IMG/VR virus record: IMGVR_UViG_2513237200_000006
DNA from: a virus
Taxonomy: Duplodnaviria; Heunggongvirae; Uroviricota; Caudoviricetes
Direction: 5' to 3' (one strand)
DNA: 33,016 nt
The first letter of the stretch is position 1, and the number at the start of each line of letters is the position of its first letter. The translations under genes and the position numbers were made by a program. Below the pieces are notes generated by a model. That model saw only the letters and a program-made list of their open reading frames with translations. It did no database searches and had not been told where the DNA came from. Below, one piece after another: positions 16,976 through 25,983 of this stretch.

Positions 16976-17401
16976 ATGAAGAAATTATCCCTTTCACTGA
17001 TGCTGAACGTGTCGCTGGCGCTGATGCTGGCACTGTCCCTGATTTACCCGCAGAGCGTGGCCGTCAATTTTGTCGCCGCCTGGGCGATTCTGGCGACGGT
17101 TATCTGTGTGGTTGCCGGTGGTGTCGGCGTGTATGCCACTGAGTATGTGCTGGAACGCTACGGGCGGGAGCTTCCGCCGGAATCGCTGGCCGTGAAGATT
17201 GTCACGTCGCTGTTTTTGCAGCCGGTGCCGTGGCGCAGACGGGCGGTGGCTCTGGTGGTGATGGTGGCGACGTTTATCTCGCTGGTCGCTGCCGGGTGGA
17301 TTTTTACCGCGCTGATTTATCTCGTGGCGTCGGTGTTCTTCCGGCTGATACGTACGGCCTGCCGTCAGCGTTTTGAGGGGCGGGAACCATGTCAAAGCTG
17401 A
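16976..17401 (+). CDS. lysA: LysA (lysis timing/membrane protein), 141 aa
   Basis: Multi-pass hydrophobic protein. Same length and position as P2 LysA. Confidence 0.8.
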   Translation: MKKLSLSLMLNVSLALMLALSLIYPQSVAVNFVAAWAILATVICVVAGGVGVYATEYVLERYGRELPPESLAVKIVTSLFLQPVPWRRRAVALVVMVATFISLVAAGWIFTALIYLVASVFFRLIRTACRQRFEGREPCQS

Positions 17402-17814
17402 TGATTGTGATGGTTGTGCTGTTATCGCTGGCGGTGGCGGGGCTGTTTCTGGTGAAGCATGAAAACGCCAGCCTGCGCGCCTCGCTGGACAGGGCGAACA
17501 GCGTCGCCAGCGGGCAGCAGACGACCATCACCATGCTGCAAAATCAGCTTCATGTTGCCATCACCAGGGCAGACAAAAACGAGCTGGCGCAGGTGGCACT
17601 GCGTCAGGAACTGGAGAACGCCGCGAAGCGTGAAGCACAGCGCGAGAAAACCATCACGAGGTTACTTAATGAAAACGAAGATTTTCGCCGCTGGTACGGT
17701 GCTGACCTGCCTGATGCTGTGCGCCGGTTGCACCAGCGCCCCGCCTGCACTGACGCCAGTGATTGTCCCCAACGCCTGCCCGAAAGTGAGCCTTTGCCCG
17801 ATGCCGGGCAGTGA
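17389..17814 (+). CDS. lysB: LysB (Rz-like inner-membrane spanin), 141 aa
   Basis: N-terminal transmembrane segment followed by a coiled-coil-like region. Length and position as P2 LysB. Confidence 0.8.
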   Translation: MSKLMIVMVVLLSLAVAGLFLVKHENASLRASLDRANSVASGQQTTITMLQNQLHVAITRADKNELAQVALRQELENAAKREAQREKTITRLLNENEDFRRWYGADLPDAVRRLHQRPACTDASDCPQRLPESEPLPDAGQ

Positions 17815-17959
17815 CCCGGAGACGAACGGCGATTTAAGTGCCGATATCCGGCAGCTTGAGAACGCGCTGGCACGCTGTGCCAGCCAGGTAAAAATGATTA
17901 AACACTGTCAGGACGAAAACGATGCTCAAACCCGACAGCCTGCGCAGGGCACTGACTGA
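17669..17959 (+). CDS. lysC: LysC (Rz1-like outer-membrane lipoprotein spanin), 96 aa, embedded out of frame in lysB
   Basis: Alternate-frame ORF starting at ATG 17669 with a lipoprotein signal and lipobox (…LMLCAGC). Pro-rich mature region. Overlaps the lysB 3' half and extends past it. Confidence 0.75.
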   Translation: MKTKIFAAGTVLTCLMLCAGCTSAPPALTPVIVPNACPKVSLCPMPGSDPETNGDLSADIRQLENALARCASQVKMIKHCQDENDAQTRQPAQGTD

Positions 17960-18389
17960 TGCCGTCACGGTGCTGAAAACTAACCCCGAGATGCTGCGGA
18001 TATTCGTGGATAACGGGAGTATTGCCTCCACACTGGCGACGTCGCTGTCATTCGAAAAGCGTTACACGCTCAATGTGATTGTGACCGACTTTACCGGTGA
18101 TTTTGACCTGCTCATTGTGCCGGTGCTGGCGTGGCTGCGGGAGAATCAGCCCGACATCATGACCACCGACGCAGGCCAGAAAAAGGGCTTCACGTTTTAT
18201 GCAGACATCAACAATGACAGCAGCTTTGATATCAGCATCAGCCTGATGCTGACCGAGCGCACGCTGGTCAGTGAGGTGGACGGCGCACTGCATGTGAAGA
18301 ATATCCCGGAACCCACGCCGCCGGAGCCGGTCACCCGCCCGGTGGAGCTTTATATCAATGGCGAACTGGTGAGCAAGTGGGATGAATGA
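17922..18389 (+). CDS. R: Tail completion protein R, 155 aa
   Basis: 155 aa as P2 gpR. Canonical position. Confidence 0.85.
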   Translation: MLKPDSLRRALTDAVTVLKTNPEMLRIFVDNGSIASTLATSLSFEKRYTLNVIVTDFTGDFDLLIVPVLAWLRENQPDIMTTDAGQKKGFTFYADINNDSSFDISISLMLTERTLVSEVDGALHVKNIPEPTPPEPVTRPVELYINGELVSKWDE

Positions 18390-18834
18390 GTTTAAGCGTT
18401 TTGAAGACCGGCTGACCGGACTGATTGAATCGCTGTCACCGTCAGGGCGTCGGCGACTGAGCGCCGAACTGGCGAAACGTCTGCGGCAGAGTCAGCAGCG
18501 TCGGGTGATGGCTCAGAAAGCCCCGGACGGCACACCCTACGCGCCACGCCAGCAGCAGAGCGCCAGAAAAAAGACTGGTCGTGTTAAGCGAAAAATGTTT
18601 GCGAAACTTATCACCAGTCGTTTTTTGCATATCCGCGCCAGCCCGGAACAGGCATCAATGGAGTTTTACGGCGGGAAGTCACCGAAAATCGCCAGCGTGC
18701 ATCAGTTCGGTCTGTCGGAAGAAAACCGGAAAGACGGTAAGAAAATTGATTATCCGGCGCGTCCTCTGCTCGGCTTTACCAGTGAGGATGTGCAGATGAT
18801 TGAAGAGATTATTCTGGCTCACCTCGACCGTTAG
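18382..18834 (+). CDS. S: Tail completion protein S, 150 aa
   Basis: 150 aa as P2 gpS. Overlaps the R stop. Confidence 0.85.
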   Translation: MNEFKRFEDRLTGLIESLSPSGRRRLSAELAKRLRQSQQRRVMAQKAPDGTPYAPRQQQSARKKTGRVKRKMFAKLITSRFLHIRASPEQASMEFYGGKSPKIASVHQFGLSEENRKDGKKIDYPARPLLGFTSEDVQMIEEIILAHLDR

Positions 18835-18900
18835 TTGTGCCATTCCCGACACCTCATCGTCACATTGCCGCCGGTATGACCCGGCGGCATCCTTCCCGTT

Positions 18901-19536
18901 ATGAACACTCTCGCAAATATTCAGGAACTCGCGCGCGCACTGCGCAACATGATTCGCACCGGCATTATCGTCGAAACCGACCTTAACGCCGGTCGCTGCC
19001 GTGTGCAGACCGGCGGCATGTGCACCGACTGGCTTCAGTGGCTGACCCATCGCGCAGGACGTTCGCGCACATGGTGGGCACCTTCCGTGGGGGAACAGGT
19101 GCTGATTCTGGCCGTGGGCGGTGAACTCGACACGGCGTTCGTTCTGCCGGGGATTTATTCCGGCGATAACCCCGCGCCGTCTGCGTCGGCGGATGCCCTG
19201 CATATCCGTTTCCCTGACGGGGCGGTGATTGAGTATGAACCCGAAACCAGTGCACTCACGGTAAGCGGAATTAAAACGGCCAGCGTGACGGCTTCTGATT
19301 CTGTTACTGCCACGGTACCGGTGGTCACGGTGAAAGCGTCAACCCGTGTCACCCTGGACACACCGGAAGTGGTCTGCACTAACAAACTGACTACCGGCAC
19401 GCTGGAAGTGCAGAAGGGCGGGACGATGCGCGGCAACATTGAACACACCGGCGGTGAACTCTCATCAAACGGTAAGGTACTGCATACCCACAAACACCCC
19501 GGCGACAGCGGCGGCACAACCGGGAGTCCTTTATGA
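18901..19536 (+). CDS. V: Baseplate spike protein V, 211 aa
   Basis: 211 aa as P2 gpV. Start of the V-W-J-I-H operon. Confidence 0.88.
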   Translation: MNTLANIQELARALRNMIRTGIIVETDLNAGRCRVQTGGMCTDWLQWLTHRAGRSRTWWAPSVGEQVLILAVGGELDTAFVLPGIYSGDNPAPSASADALHIRFPDGAVIEYEPETSALTVSGIKTASVTASDSVTATVPVVTVKASTRVTLDTPEVVCTNKLTTGTLEVQKGGTMRGNIEHTGGELSSNGKVLHTHKHPGDSGGTTGSPL

Positions 19537-19880
19537 CAGCGCGTTATCTCGGAATGAATCGCAGTGATGGCCTGACGGTCACTGACCTTGAGCATATCAG
19601 CCAGAGTATCGGCGATATCCTGCGCACACCGGTCGGCTCACGGGTGATGCGTCGTGATTACGGCTCGTTGCTGGCATCAATGATTGACCAGCCGCAGACC
19701 CCGGCGCTTGAGTTGCAGATTAAGGTCGCCTGTTACATGGCGGTGCTGAAATGGGAACCCCGCGTCACCCTGTCATCCGTCACCACGGCGCGCAGTTTTG
19801 ACGGGCGAATGACGGTCACGTTAACCGGTCAGCACAACGACACCGGCCAGCCACTTTCGTTAACCATCCCTGTGAGTTGA
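19533..19880 (+). CDS. W: Baseplate wedge protein W (gp25-like), 115 aa
   Basis: 115 aa as P2 gpW. Overlaps the V stop. Confidence 0.88.
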   Translation: MTARYLGMNRSDGLTVTDLEHISQSIGDILRTPVGSRVMRRDYGSLLASMIDQPQTPALELQIKVACYMAVLKWEPRVTLSSVTTARSFDGRMTVTLTGQHNDTGQPLSLTIPVS

Positions 19881-19884
19881 AACC

Positions 19885-20793
19885 ATGCCGATTATCGACC
19901 TGAACCAGCTACCCGCACCGGATGTGGTCGAGGAGCTGGACTTTGAAACCATTCTTGCCGAACGCAAGGCGACACTGATTTCCCTTTACCCGGAAGACCA
20001 GCAGGAAGCGGTCGCCCGTACCCTGACGCTGGAATCTGAGCCTCTCGTCAAACTGCTGGAGGAAAATGCTTATCGTGAGCTTATCTGGCGTCAGCGTGTG
20101 AATGAGGCTGCGCGGGCGGTGATGCTGGCCTGTGCCGCCGGTAATGACCTTGATGTGATTGGTGCCAATTACAACACCACGCGCCTGACTATCACCCCGG
20201 CAGATGATTCGACCATCCCGCCGACACCGGCCGTGATGGAATCTGACACCGATTATCGTCTGCGTATTCAGCAGGCGTTTGAAGGTTTAAGCGTCGCCGG
20301 GTCGGTGGGAGCCTATCAGTATCATGGTCGCAGTGCCGACGGGCGCGTCGCAGATATCTCTGTCACCAGTCCGTCTCCGGCCTGCGTCACCATCTCTGTG
20401 CTGTCACGTGAAAATAACGGTGTTGCATCCGAAGACCTGCTGGCCGTGGTGCGTAACGCCCTTAATGGCGAGGACGTCAGGCCGGTGGCCGACCGCGTGA
20501 CCGTGCAGTCTGCCGCCATCGTTGAATATCAGATAAACGCCACGCTTTACCTTTACCCTGGTCCCGAAAGCGAACCCATTCGCGCTGCCGCTGTGAAAAA
20601 GCTGGAAGCGTATATCACGGCACAGCACCGGCTGGGGCGCGACATCCGTCTGTCTGCCATTTATGCCGCTTTGCATGTTGAAGGCGTGCAGCGTGTCGAA
20701 CTGGCTGCACCACTGGCCGACATCGTGCTCAACAATACGCAGGCGTCTTTCTGTACCGAATACAGCGTCGTGACCGGAGGCTCGGATGAGTGA
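19885..20793 (+). CDS. J: Baseplate protein J, 302 aa
   Basis: 302 aa as P2 gpJ. Confidence 0.88.
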   Translation: MPIIDLNQLPAPDVVEELDFETILAERKATLISLYPEDQQEAVARTLTLESEPLVKLLEENAYRELIWRQRVNEAARAVMLACAAGNDLDVIGANYNTTRLTITPADDSTIPPTPAVMESDTDYRLRIQQAFEGLSVAGSVGAYQYHGRSADGRVADISVTSPSPACVTISVLSRENNGVASEDLLAVVRNALNGEDVRPVADRVTVQSAAIVEYQINATLYLYPGPESEPIRAAAVKKLEAYITAQHRLGRDIRLSAIYAALHVEGVQRVELAAPLADIVLNNTQASFCTEYSVVTGGSDE

Positions 20794-21397
20794 TTCGCGA
20801 CTGCTGCCGACCGGCTCATCACCGCTTGAAGTTGCCGCCGCAAAAGCCTGTGCGGAAATTGAAAAAACGCCGGTCAGGATTCGTGAACTGTGGAACCCGG
20901 ACACCTGCCCGGCAAATCTGCTGCCGTGGCTGGCGTGGTCATTTTCGGTTGACCGCTGGGATGATAAGTGGCCGGAAGCGACAAAACGCGCTGTTATCCG
21001 CGATGCGTATTTCATTCACTGCCATAAGGGCACCATAGGCGCAATCCGGCGTGTGGTGGAGCCGCTTGGCTATCTGATTGAGGTGAGGGAGTGGTGGCAG
21101 CTCAACGAGGAGCCGGGGACGTTCCGCATCGTTGTTGGCGTGCTTGAGCAGGGTATTACCGAGAAAATGTATCAGGAGCTGGAGCGCCTCGTTGCTGATG
21201 CAAAACCGGCGAGCCGCCATCTGACGGGACTGGCTATCAGTTTAAGTACAACCGGCAACATTTTTGCCGGTGCGGGATGCTATCACGGTGACGCCCTGAC
21301 GGTTTATCCCTACACCCCGGAGGCCATTATTGTCGGAGGGGATTATTTCCCGGCCTCGGCCATTCATTTAATTGATAACCTGAGAGTAAACGCATGA
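20786..21397 (+). CDS. I: Baseplate/tail fibre attachment protein I, 203 aa
   Basis: Canonical position between J and H. Overlaps both neighbours. Confidence 0.8.
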   Translation: MSDSRLLPTGSSPLEVAAAKACAEIEKTPVRIRELWNPDTCPANLLPWLAWSFSVDRWDDKWPEATKRAVIRDAYFIHCHKGTIGAIRRVVEPLGYLIEVREWWQLNEEPGTFRIVVGVLEQGITEKMYQELERLVADAKPASRHLTGLAISLSTTGNIFAGAGCYHGDALTVYPYTPEAIIVGGDYFPASAIHLIDNLRVNA

Positions 21398-22677
21398 CAG
21401 TGAAATACTACGCCATTCTGACTAATCAGGGCGCAGCACGGCTGGCTAACGCGACGATGCTCGGCAGTAAGCTGAATCTGACGCAAATGGCCGTTGGTGA
21501 TGCGAATGGTGTCTTGCCGACACCAGACCCGGCACAGACAAAACTGATTAATCAGAAACGCATTGCACCGCTGAATCTTCTGAGTGTTGACCCGAACAAC
21601 CAGAGCCAGATTATTGCGGAGCAAATCATCCCTGAGAACGAGGGCGGATTCTGGATCCGTGAGATTGGGCTTTATGATGATGAAGGCGTACTCATTGCGG
21701 TGGCGAACTGCCCGGAAACGTACAAACCGCAGTTACAGGAAGGCAGCGGTCGTACCCAGACTATCCGCATGATTCTGGTTGTCACGAATACCGAAGCTAT
21801 CACGCTGAAAATCGACCCGTCGGTGGTACTGGCGACCCGTAAATACGTGGATGATGAAGTCCTGGAATTAAGGCTGTATGTGGATGACCAGATGAGAAAC
21901 CACATTGCCGCACAGGACCCTCATACCCAGTATGCCCAGAAACATAATCCGACATTTACCGGAGAACCAAAAGCGCCGACGCCTGCCGCAGGAAATAACA
22001 CCACGCGGATTGCGACTACTGCGTTTGTTCAGGCCGCTATTACCGCTCTGATTAACGGTGCGCCTGCCACGCTGGATACACTGAAAGAAATTGCCGCAGC
22101 CATTAACAATGACCCGAAATTCAGCACCACCATTAACAATGCGCTGTCAGGTAAGCAACCACTGGATGAGACGCTGACTCATTTGAGTGGAAAAGATGTG
22201 GCTGGTCTTCTCGCATACCTTGGTTTGGGAGAAGGTGCTCCAGCTATTGGCGTTCCGTTCTTCTGGCCCTCCGCGGCAATGCCAAATACTGTAATCGACA
22301 GCTGGTCCAGTATGGTGTTTTTGAAGTTTAACGGGGCGAAATTTTCTGCCTCTGATTACCCTGTGCTGGCGAAAGTGTTTCCTTCGCTGGTATTACCTGA
22401 AGCCCGCGGTGATTTCATTCGTGTCTGGGATGACGGGCGAGGTGCAGATGGTGGTCGCGAATTATTAAGCTGGCAGGAAGCTACAAACTTTTCTCAGTTT
22501 GCCGGGAATATAGGCGGAGGTGCTGGACACGCAATTAACTTTCATGATGGCATCGCCGGAAATCAGCCAGGATTTTCACGATTTAATTTCAACAGTAACT
22601 CTGTGGGTGATGGTGTGAATTTTGTTGCTGTCAGACCGCGAAATATTGCATTTAACTTTCTGGTGAGGGCTAAATAA
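21394..22677 (+). CDS. H: Tail fibre protein H (P2-like N-terminus fused to an invertible, Mu S/lambdoid-Stf-like C-terminal receptor-binding part), 427 aa in current orientation
   Basis: N-terminus (…REIGLYDDEGVLIAVAN…GSGRTQTIRMILV…) resembles the P2 H anchor. C-terminal part (…DYPVLAKVFPSLVLPEARGDFIRVWDDGRGADGGR…) resembles side tail fibre C-termini. The crossover repeat lies inside the gene at 22220-22234. Confidence 0.85.
   Translation: MTVKYYAILTNQGAARLANATMLGSKLNLTQMAVGDANGVLPTPDPAQTKLINQKRIAPLNLLSVDPNNQSQIIAEQIIPENEGGFWIREIGLYDDEGVLIAVANCPETYKPQLQEGSGRTQTIRMILVVTNTEAITLKIDPSVVLATRKYVDDEVLELRLYVDDQMRNHIAAQDPHTQYAQKHNPTFTGEPKAPTPAAGNNTTRIATTAFVQAAITALINGAPATLDTLKEIAAAINNDPKFSTTINNALSGKQPLDETLTHLSGKDVAGLLAYLGLGEGAPAIGVPFFWPSAAMPNTVIDSWSSMVFLKFNGAKFSASDYPVLAKVFPSLVLPEARGDFIRVWDDGRGADGGRELLSWQEATNFSQFAGNIGGGAGHAINFHDGIAGNQPGFSRFNFNSNSVGDGVNFVAVRPRNIAFNFLVRAK
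22220..22234. repeat. Left inversion crossover site (gix/hix-like): TTGGTTTGGGAGAAG; perfect 15-bp inverted repeat with 24046-24060
   Basis: Exact reverse complement present at 24046-24060. Encodes GLGE in both H and the alternative fibre segment, in frame. Resembles the GGTTTTGGATAA half of Gin/Hin recombination sites as recalled. Confidence 0.75.
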
Positions 22678-23270
22678 TGAAACCTGTTTTTGATGAAAAT
22701 GGGCTGGCTACAGTGCCGGGTGATATGCGTTGTTTTTATTATGATGCAGTAACGTCTGAATATACGGGCTGGTCTGATGAATATATTAATACTGGCGTAA
22801 GTATGCCCGCCTGTTCCACTGGTATTGACCCGGACGAAAACATTCCGGGAAGAGTGGCAGTATTTACAGGTAAGGGATGGAGCCATGAGGAAGACCATCG
22901 CAATGAGACTGTTTACTCAATCGAAAATGGCGCAGCTGTTACAGTGGATTATATCGGTGCCATCAAAAACGGTTATGTCACGCTTTCACCGTTAACGCCA
23001 TATGATAAATGGGATGGTGAGAAATGGGTGACAGATACTGAGGCACAACACGGTGCCGCAGTAGAAGCGGCAGAAGCACAGCGCCAGTCACTGATTGATG
23101 CAGCAATGGCTTCCATTAGTCTGATTCAGCTGAAATTACAGGCCGGGCGGAAACTGACGCAGGCAGAAACAACCCGGCTTAACGCTGTGCTGGATTACAT
23201 TGACGCGGTGACGGCAACAGATACCAGCACCGCGCCGGATATCATCTGGCCTGAACAGCCGGAGGCGTAG
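22677..23270 (+). CDS. G: Tail fibre assembly chaperone (G/Tfa, U-type), 197 aa
   Basis: C-terminal …LDYIDAVTATDTSTAPDIIWPEQPEA is a typical Tfa signature. Immediately follows H inside the invertible segment. Confidence 0.85.
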   Translation: MKPVFDENGLATVPGDMRCFYYDAVTSEYTGWSDEYINTGVSMPACSTGIDPDENIPGRVAVFTGKGWSHEEDHRNETVYSIENGAAVTVDYIGAIKNGYVTLSPLTPYDKWDGEKWVTDTEAQHGAAVEAAEAQRQSLIDAAMASISLIQLKLQAGRKLTQAETTRLNAVLDYIDAVTATDTSTAPDIIWPEQPEA

Positions 23271-23682
23271 GCCATTCAATATCTGGAGCACTGGAAATAT
23301 CAACCATTTCCAGTGCGTCCAGATAATCAAGCCATGAATTATATTGCGCCAGTTCCTCACCTTTCAGACGACCAATAGCAGCCTTTCCTAGCCACTGCTT
23401 ACTGTTAATATATTCATTAACTCGATTTATGAGTGCCTGTTTTTTTCGTTCCGCTTCTGACAGTTGTTCTTCATGAGTTAGCGGCGGTACGTCATCCCAT
23501 GCAGGATAGCCATCATCACCCGCAACTCTCACCTTCCCAGGAGGTGGGGACAGGTACTTAATAAATATATCCTCATCAACTTCAACTCCATTATGAGGCC
23601 ATAACCCAGACTCCTTATACTGACTTTCCAGAGTAAATGGGTAAAACATATTAGTTTTTGCATCGTAAAGATATTTACTCAT
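23242..23682 (-). CDS. Alternative tail fibre assembly chaperone (U'-type), 146 aa from ATG 23682
   Basis: Opposite-strand Tfa with C-terminal …LDYLDALEMVDISSAPDIEWPTPP. Internal Met start has an AGGA RBS. Convergent with G inside the invertible segment. Confidence 0.8.
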   Translation of the reverse strand: MSKYLYDAKTNMFYPFTLESQYKESGLWPHNGVEVDEDIFIKYLSPPPGKVRVAGDDGYPAWDDVPPLTHEEQLSEAERKKQALINRVNEYINSKQWLGKAAIGRLKGEELAQYNSWLDYLDALEMVDISSAPDIEWPTPPAVQAR

Positions 23683-23683
23683 T

Positions 23684-24046
23684 TTATCTTCCTGTAGCAA
23701 ACCAGCGGCAACCAGCGACAGTTGGAACATTGAAGGATGGATTTCCTTTATCAAGAGATCCCAGGTTCTCTGCTATGACATTTGAGTTAGTCAATTTATA
23801 GAATTGCCATACTGACATTTTCCCTGCCACAGGAGCCTGGTCATGTTCATTAATAGAAATGACGGCTGTCGGAAATGGGATAGGAAAATTAATCAAAACT
23901 TCATTTGTTGTGGCCTCAGTTAGCCCCCATTGTTCAATATAACCATCCGGGCTTCGCCTCCATCCCGTCGTTGTATCTCCCCCACACTCCCACGCTGACA
24001 TATCAGGAATTTGGTTTTGCCCGTTACCCACATCCCGTTTTGCCGC
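23684..24046 (-). CDS. Alternative tail fibre C-terminal segment (Sv'-like), promoterless and start-less in this orientation
   Basis: Minus-strand reading frame runs from the right crossover repeat (encoding …VGLGE…) to a stop at 23684, directly upstream of the U'-type tfa. Inversion would fuse it in frame to the H N-terminus. Confidence 0.7.
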   Translation of the reverse strand, partial: AAKRDVGNGQNQIPDMSAWECGGDTTTGWRRSPDGYIEQWGLTEATTNEVLINFPIPFPTAVISINEHDQAPVAGKMSVWQFYKLTNSNVIAENLGSLDKGNPSFNVPTVAGCRWFATGR

Positions 24047-24060
24047 TTCTCCCAAACCAA
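24046..24060. repeat. Right inversion crossover site (inverted copy of 22220-22234)
   Basis: CTTCTCCCAAACCAA is the exact reverse complement of the left site. Lies about 70 bp upstream of the invertase start. Confidence 0.75.
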
Positions 24061-24127
24061 CGTTTATGAAAATGCAGAGATAACGGGCAACTGGCATCAT
24101 CTCCGGTTTTTATTCAGGGGGATGCTC

Positions 24128-24721
24128 ATGCTTATTGGCTATGTACGCGTGTCAACAAATGACCAGAATACGGAATTGCAGCGTAACGCGCTGGAGTGCG
24201 CAGGATGTGAGCTGATTTTTGAGGACAAAATCAGCGGCACGAAGTCCGACAGGCCGGGACTGAAAAAACTGCTCAGGACATTATCGGAGGGGGATACACT
24301 GGTAGTCTGGAAGCTGGACCGGCTGGGGCGTAGTATGCGGCATCTGGTCATTCTGGTTGAGGAGCTGCGCGAACGCGGCGTTAATTTTCGCAGCCTGACG
24401 GATGCTATTGATACCAGCACGCCGATGGGGCGTTTTTTCTTTCATGTGATGGGTGCCCTGGCCGAAATGGAACGAGAACTCATTGTCGAGCGGACACGCG
24501 CCGGACTGGAAGCGGCCAGAGCCAAAGGTCGTATTGGTGGCAGACGACCGAAACTCACCGCGAGTGAGTGGGAGCAGGCCGGGCGTTTGCTGGCTGCAGG
24601 GGAGTCACGTCAACGCGTGGCACTGATTTTTGATATTGGTCTGTCCACGCTCTATAAAAAATTTCCCTCATCAGCGACAAAGAATAAATTGTGTCATCCC
24701 TTAGCCAACCGGGACAAATAG
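24128..24721 (+). CDS. Serine DNA invertase (Gin/Pin/Hin family), about 197 aa from ATG 24128
   Basis: N-terminus MLIGYVRVSTNDQNTELQRNAL… contains the catalytic Ser of the resolvase/invertase family and closely resembles Gin/Pin as recalled. C-terminal HTH (…GLSTLYKK…). The ORF track's upstream extension is rejected. Confidence 0.9.
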   Translation: MLIGYVRVSTNDQNTELQRNALECAGCELIFEDKISGTKSDRPGLKKLLRTLSEGDTLVVWKLDRLGRSMRHLVILVEELRERGVNFRSLTDAIDTSTPMGRFFFHVMGALAEMERELIVERTRAGLEAARAKGRIGGRRPKLTASEWEQAGRLLAAGESRQRVALIFDIGLSTLYKKFPSSATKNKLCHPLANRDK

Positions 24722-24780
24722 CCTGACATCTCCGGCACAACTGAAAATACCACTCACCCATTAACCACGGAGTTAAACGG

Positions 24781-25971
24781 ATGAGCGACTATCATCATGG
24801 CGTGCAGGTGCTGGAGATTAACGACGGCACCCGCGTCATTTCCACTGTATCCACCGCCATTGTCGGCATGGTCTGCACGGCCAGCGATGCGGATGCGGAA
24901 AGCTTCCCCCTCAATAAACCGGTGCTGATTACCAATGTGCAGAGCGCAATTGCAAAGGCCGGTAAAAAAGGTACGCTGGCGGCGTCGTTGCAGGCCATCG
25001 CTGACCAGTCAAAACCGGTCACCGTTGTCGTGCGCGTGGAAGACGGAACCGGCGACGACGAAGAAACGAAGCTCGCGCAGACCGTTTCCAATATCATCGG
25101 CACCACCGACGAAAATGGTCAGTATACCGGACTGAAAGCTCTGCTGGCGGCAGAGTCGGTAACCGGTGTTAAACCGCGTATTCTTGGTGTGCCGGGGCTG
25201 GATACCAAAGAGGTGGCTGTTGCACTGGCATCAGTCTGTCAGAAGCTGCGCGCTTTCGGATATATCAGCGCATGGGGCTGTAAGACCATTTCCGAGGTGA
25301 AAGCCTACCGCCAGAATTTCAGCCAGCGTGAGCTGATGGTCATCTGGCCGGATTTCCTCGCATGGGATACGGTCAGCAGCACCACCGCCACCGCGTATGC
25401 CACCGCCCGTGCGCTGGGTCTGCGCGCTAAAATCGACCAGGAGCAGGGCTGGCATAAAACGCTGTCCAATGTCGGGGTAAACGGTGTTACCGGCATCAGT
25501 GCCTCTGTATTCTGGGATTTGCAGGAGTCCGGCACCGATGCTGACCTGCTTAACGAGTCAGGCGTCACAACGCTGATTCGCCGTGACGGTTTCCGCTTCT
25601 GGGGTAACCGTACCTGCTCTGATGACCCGCTGTTCCTCTTTGAAAACTACACCCGCACCGCGCAGGTGCTGGCCGACACGATGGCTGAGGCGCACATGTG
25701 GGCGGTGGACAAGCCCATCACCGCAACGCTGATTCGCGACATCGTTGACGGCATTAATGCCAAATTCCGTGAGCTGAAAACAAACGGCTATATCGTGGAT
25801 GCGACCTGCTGGTTCAGCGAAGAATCCAACGATGCGGAAACCCTCAAGGCCGGAAAACTGTATATCGACTACGACTATACCCCGGTGCCTCCTCTCGAAA
25901 ACCTGACCCTGCGCCAGCGTATCACCGATAAATATCTGGCAAATCTGGTCACCTCGGTTAACAGCAATTAA
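24781..25971 (+). CDS. FI: Tail sheath protein FI, 396 aa
   Basis: 396 aa as P2 gpFI. Followed by FII. Confidence 0.9.
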   Translation: MSDYHHGVQVLEINDGTRVISTVSTAIVGMVCTASDADAESFPLNKPVLITNVQSAIAKAGKKGTLAASLQAIADQSKPVTVVVRVEDGTGDDEETKLAQTVSNIIGTTDENGQYTGLKALLAAESVTGVKPRILGVPGLDTKEVAVALASVCQKLRAFGYISAWGCKTISEVKAYRQNFSQRELMVIWPDFLAWDTVSSTTATAYATARALGLRAKIDQEQGWHKTLSNVGVNGVTGISASVFWDLQESGTDADLLNESGVTTLIRRDGFRFWGNRTCSDDPLFLFENYTRTAQVLADTMAEAHMWAVDKPITATLIRDIVDGINAKFRELKTNGYIVDATCWFSEESNDAETLKAGKLYIDYDYTPVPPLENLTLRQRITDKYLANLVTSVNSN

Positions 25972-25983
25972 GGAGCCTGACCG

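Noticed and set aside
23684-24100. 138-aa ORF starting at 24100 (MMPVARYL…)
   Set aside because: The first about 18 codons read across the inversion crossover site and the invertase upstream region. The real coding unit is the promoterless alternative fibre segment beginning at the crossover (24046).
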